DNA of 64,000 nucleotides, taken from contig NC_059436.1 of assembly GCF_021028975.2 (NCBI RefSeq), forward strand, positions 2,480,001-2,544,000, written 5' to 3'. This DNA comes from Sphaerodactylus townsendi. Lineage: Eukaryota. The translations under genes were made by a program, and so were the position numbers. The notes beneath the pieces were generated by a model that saw only the letters and a program-made list of their open reading frames with translations, had not been told where the DNA came from and ran no database searches. Positions 62,622 to 64,000 of this stretch are shown in pieces (within the stretch, counting starts at the first letter, position 1; every line of letters begins with the position of its first letter).

Positions 62622-63049
62622 GTACGGGCAGGGATCTCAGACTATCCAAATGACTTCTATTATACTATCTCTTGGACAAACCTGGTGCTGCATTCATGGG
62701 CCGAAACCCCATGAATGCAGGGAGAATGTGCATATTATGTTTGTTTTGTTTGACATCTATAGATGTTGAGCCTGACGCTGCTGAGAATGACATGTCTGCT
62801 GTTCCCCTCAGTTTTTTCCTGGGACAGATGGGTTAGCTGGCTGATAGCTATGTCCACATTTCAAGCAGGTTTTATAGGCCCAAATAAGGATTTTATCCCA
62901 GGGCTCCACAGCCCAAATCAAACATGGTGTCAGTTATTTTTCAGATGAACCTCTTGTTAAGAACACATGCCTTCTGTATGTATTTGATTTGCACTTTTCT
63001 CTGTGAAATTTGGTTCTGTTATTCAGAGTACTACTTTTTTCTTTTGCAG

Positions 63050-63090
63050 AATTTTTATAAAGAAAAAAAGAGAGAGGATATATACATCAG
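63050..63090 (+). CDS. DOCK5: DOCK5 exon 36 (about the DHR-2 start): NFYKEKKREDIYI(R)
   Basis: ttgcag| ... |gtgagc; 41 nt. Confidence 0.94.
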
Positions 63091-63208
63091 GTGAGCCCTC
63101 TATTGGAGGTGTGGGGTGAATAGGGGGAATTGTTGTGCGGTGGATTCTTCCTTTGGAACTCAAGCCTTGGCCATTACAATAGTTTTCTGACGTGTTTTAT
63201 CATTCTAG

Positions 63209-63299
63209 ATATTTGTATAAACTCCGGGACCTGCACAGAGATTGTGAAAACTACACCGAGGCAGCTTACACGCTTCTCCTTCATGCTGAGTTACTCCAG
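63209..63299 (+). CDS. DOCK5: DOCK5 exon 37 (DHR-2): [30 protein letters not shown]
   Basis: ttctag| ... |gtgaac; 91 nt. Confidence 0.95.
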
Positions 63300-63443
63300 G
63301 TGAACTTTTGACAGCAATAACTGGTAGTGACCAACTTTGAAGTTCTGGTACCACTCTACCACCTCATTCTATTCCCCGTGTGGAACAGCTCAGTGAGAAA
63401 TTTTCTATGGGATTGAAACACCCCTAACTTTTATTTTCTAGAC

Positions 63444-63502
63444 CAGGGGTAGGGAACCTGCGGCTCTCCAGATGTTCAGGAACTACAATTCCCATCAGCC
63501 TG
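63444..63502. mobile_element. Internally deleted copy of the 35731-35878 hAT MITE
   Basis: Left arm plus terminal CCTG; 8-bp TSD TTCTAGAC at 63436-43 and 63503-10. Confidence 0.88.
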
Positions 63503-63626
63503 TTCTAGACCATATCCCTGATCTCTGTAGACTTTTAGAAGGTTTCTATTTGGATGTCTCAGATTGTGGAATTGTGTTCCCAGGAGCAATATTACAGAAA
63601 TGATCATGTTCTTTTTCTTACGCTAG

Positions 63627-63746
63627 TGGTCTGACAAGCCATGTGTCCCACATCTGCTTCAGAGGGACAGCTACTATGTCTATTCACAACAGGAGCTCAA
63701 GGAGAAGCTGTACCAGGAAATCATTGCATTCCTAGACAAAGGCAAG
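63627..63746 (+). CDS. DOCK5: DOCK5 exon 38 (DHR-2): WSDKPCVPHLLQRDSYYVYSQQELKEKLYQEIIAFLDKGK
   Basis: cgctag| ... |gtgagc; 120 nt. Confidence 0.95.
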
Positions 63747-64000
63747 GTGAGCCAGCGTGTGTGGGACTCCTTGGGTGTTTTCAAACAGGCAGAATTGGAA
63801 GATGTGGTCTGTTAGACAAGAACTACTTAAGGAGTAGCCCCACCCATGGAGTTTTAGTGGGCAGCTCTGCCTTTTTTTTGGTTACTTGTAAATAGGTGGG
63901 CATTTTTTTAGTATTGTTAATGATTATCAAGACAATCTTTATCATCAAGATTTATGAGTGCTGGTGGAGCTTGCTAGTTCAAGACTCTTCTCAGCCACAA

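Larger units (their letters stand above)
2104..63746 (+). other. DOCK5: DOCK5 gene body (partial; 36 coding exons, approx. human exons 3-38), Rac GEF of the DOCK-A family
   Basis: The spliced translation is a continuous ORF matching recalled DOCK5 peptides ([45 protein letters not shown]). All introns are GT-AG and phases are compatible. IAMETYIRQRQL and KPCVPHLLQ favour DOCK5 over DOCK1/2. Confidence 0.96.

Overview
Vertebrate genomic DNA. The repeat content (tRNA- and 5S-headed SINEs, CR1, L2, Penelope, hAT and Harbinger MITEs) points to a squamate, probably a gecko, by inference. The whole window lies inside one + strand gene, DOCK5, a DOCK-A family Rac guanine exchange factor. I read 36 consecutive GT-AG coding exons from 2104 to 63746, equivalent to human exons 3-38 by recalled numbering. 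They total 3812 nt, are phase-compatible and contain no stops. They cover the end of the SH3 domain, DHR-1, the helical region and the start of DHR-2; both ends of the gene lie outside the window. Most long ORFs in the track are spurious or are LINE fragments, and there is one 223-N gap. I see no convincing new protein-coding system. The most interesting signals are in the introns. (1) A palindromic ~400-bp cargo module ending in a near-consensus CTCF motif is shared by three otherwise different transposon-like shells. (2) A Tc2-type MITE sits exactly at +6/+7 of a splice donor. (3) Two inverted CR1 copies about 95% identical bracket exons 3-6. (4) Penelope fragments carry degenerate hammerhead ribozymes. 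Repeat family names and human exon numbers are from memory, not from a database search.
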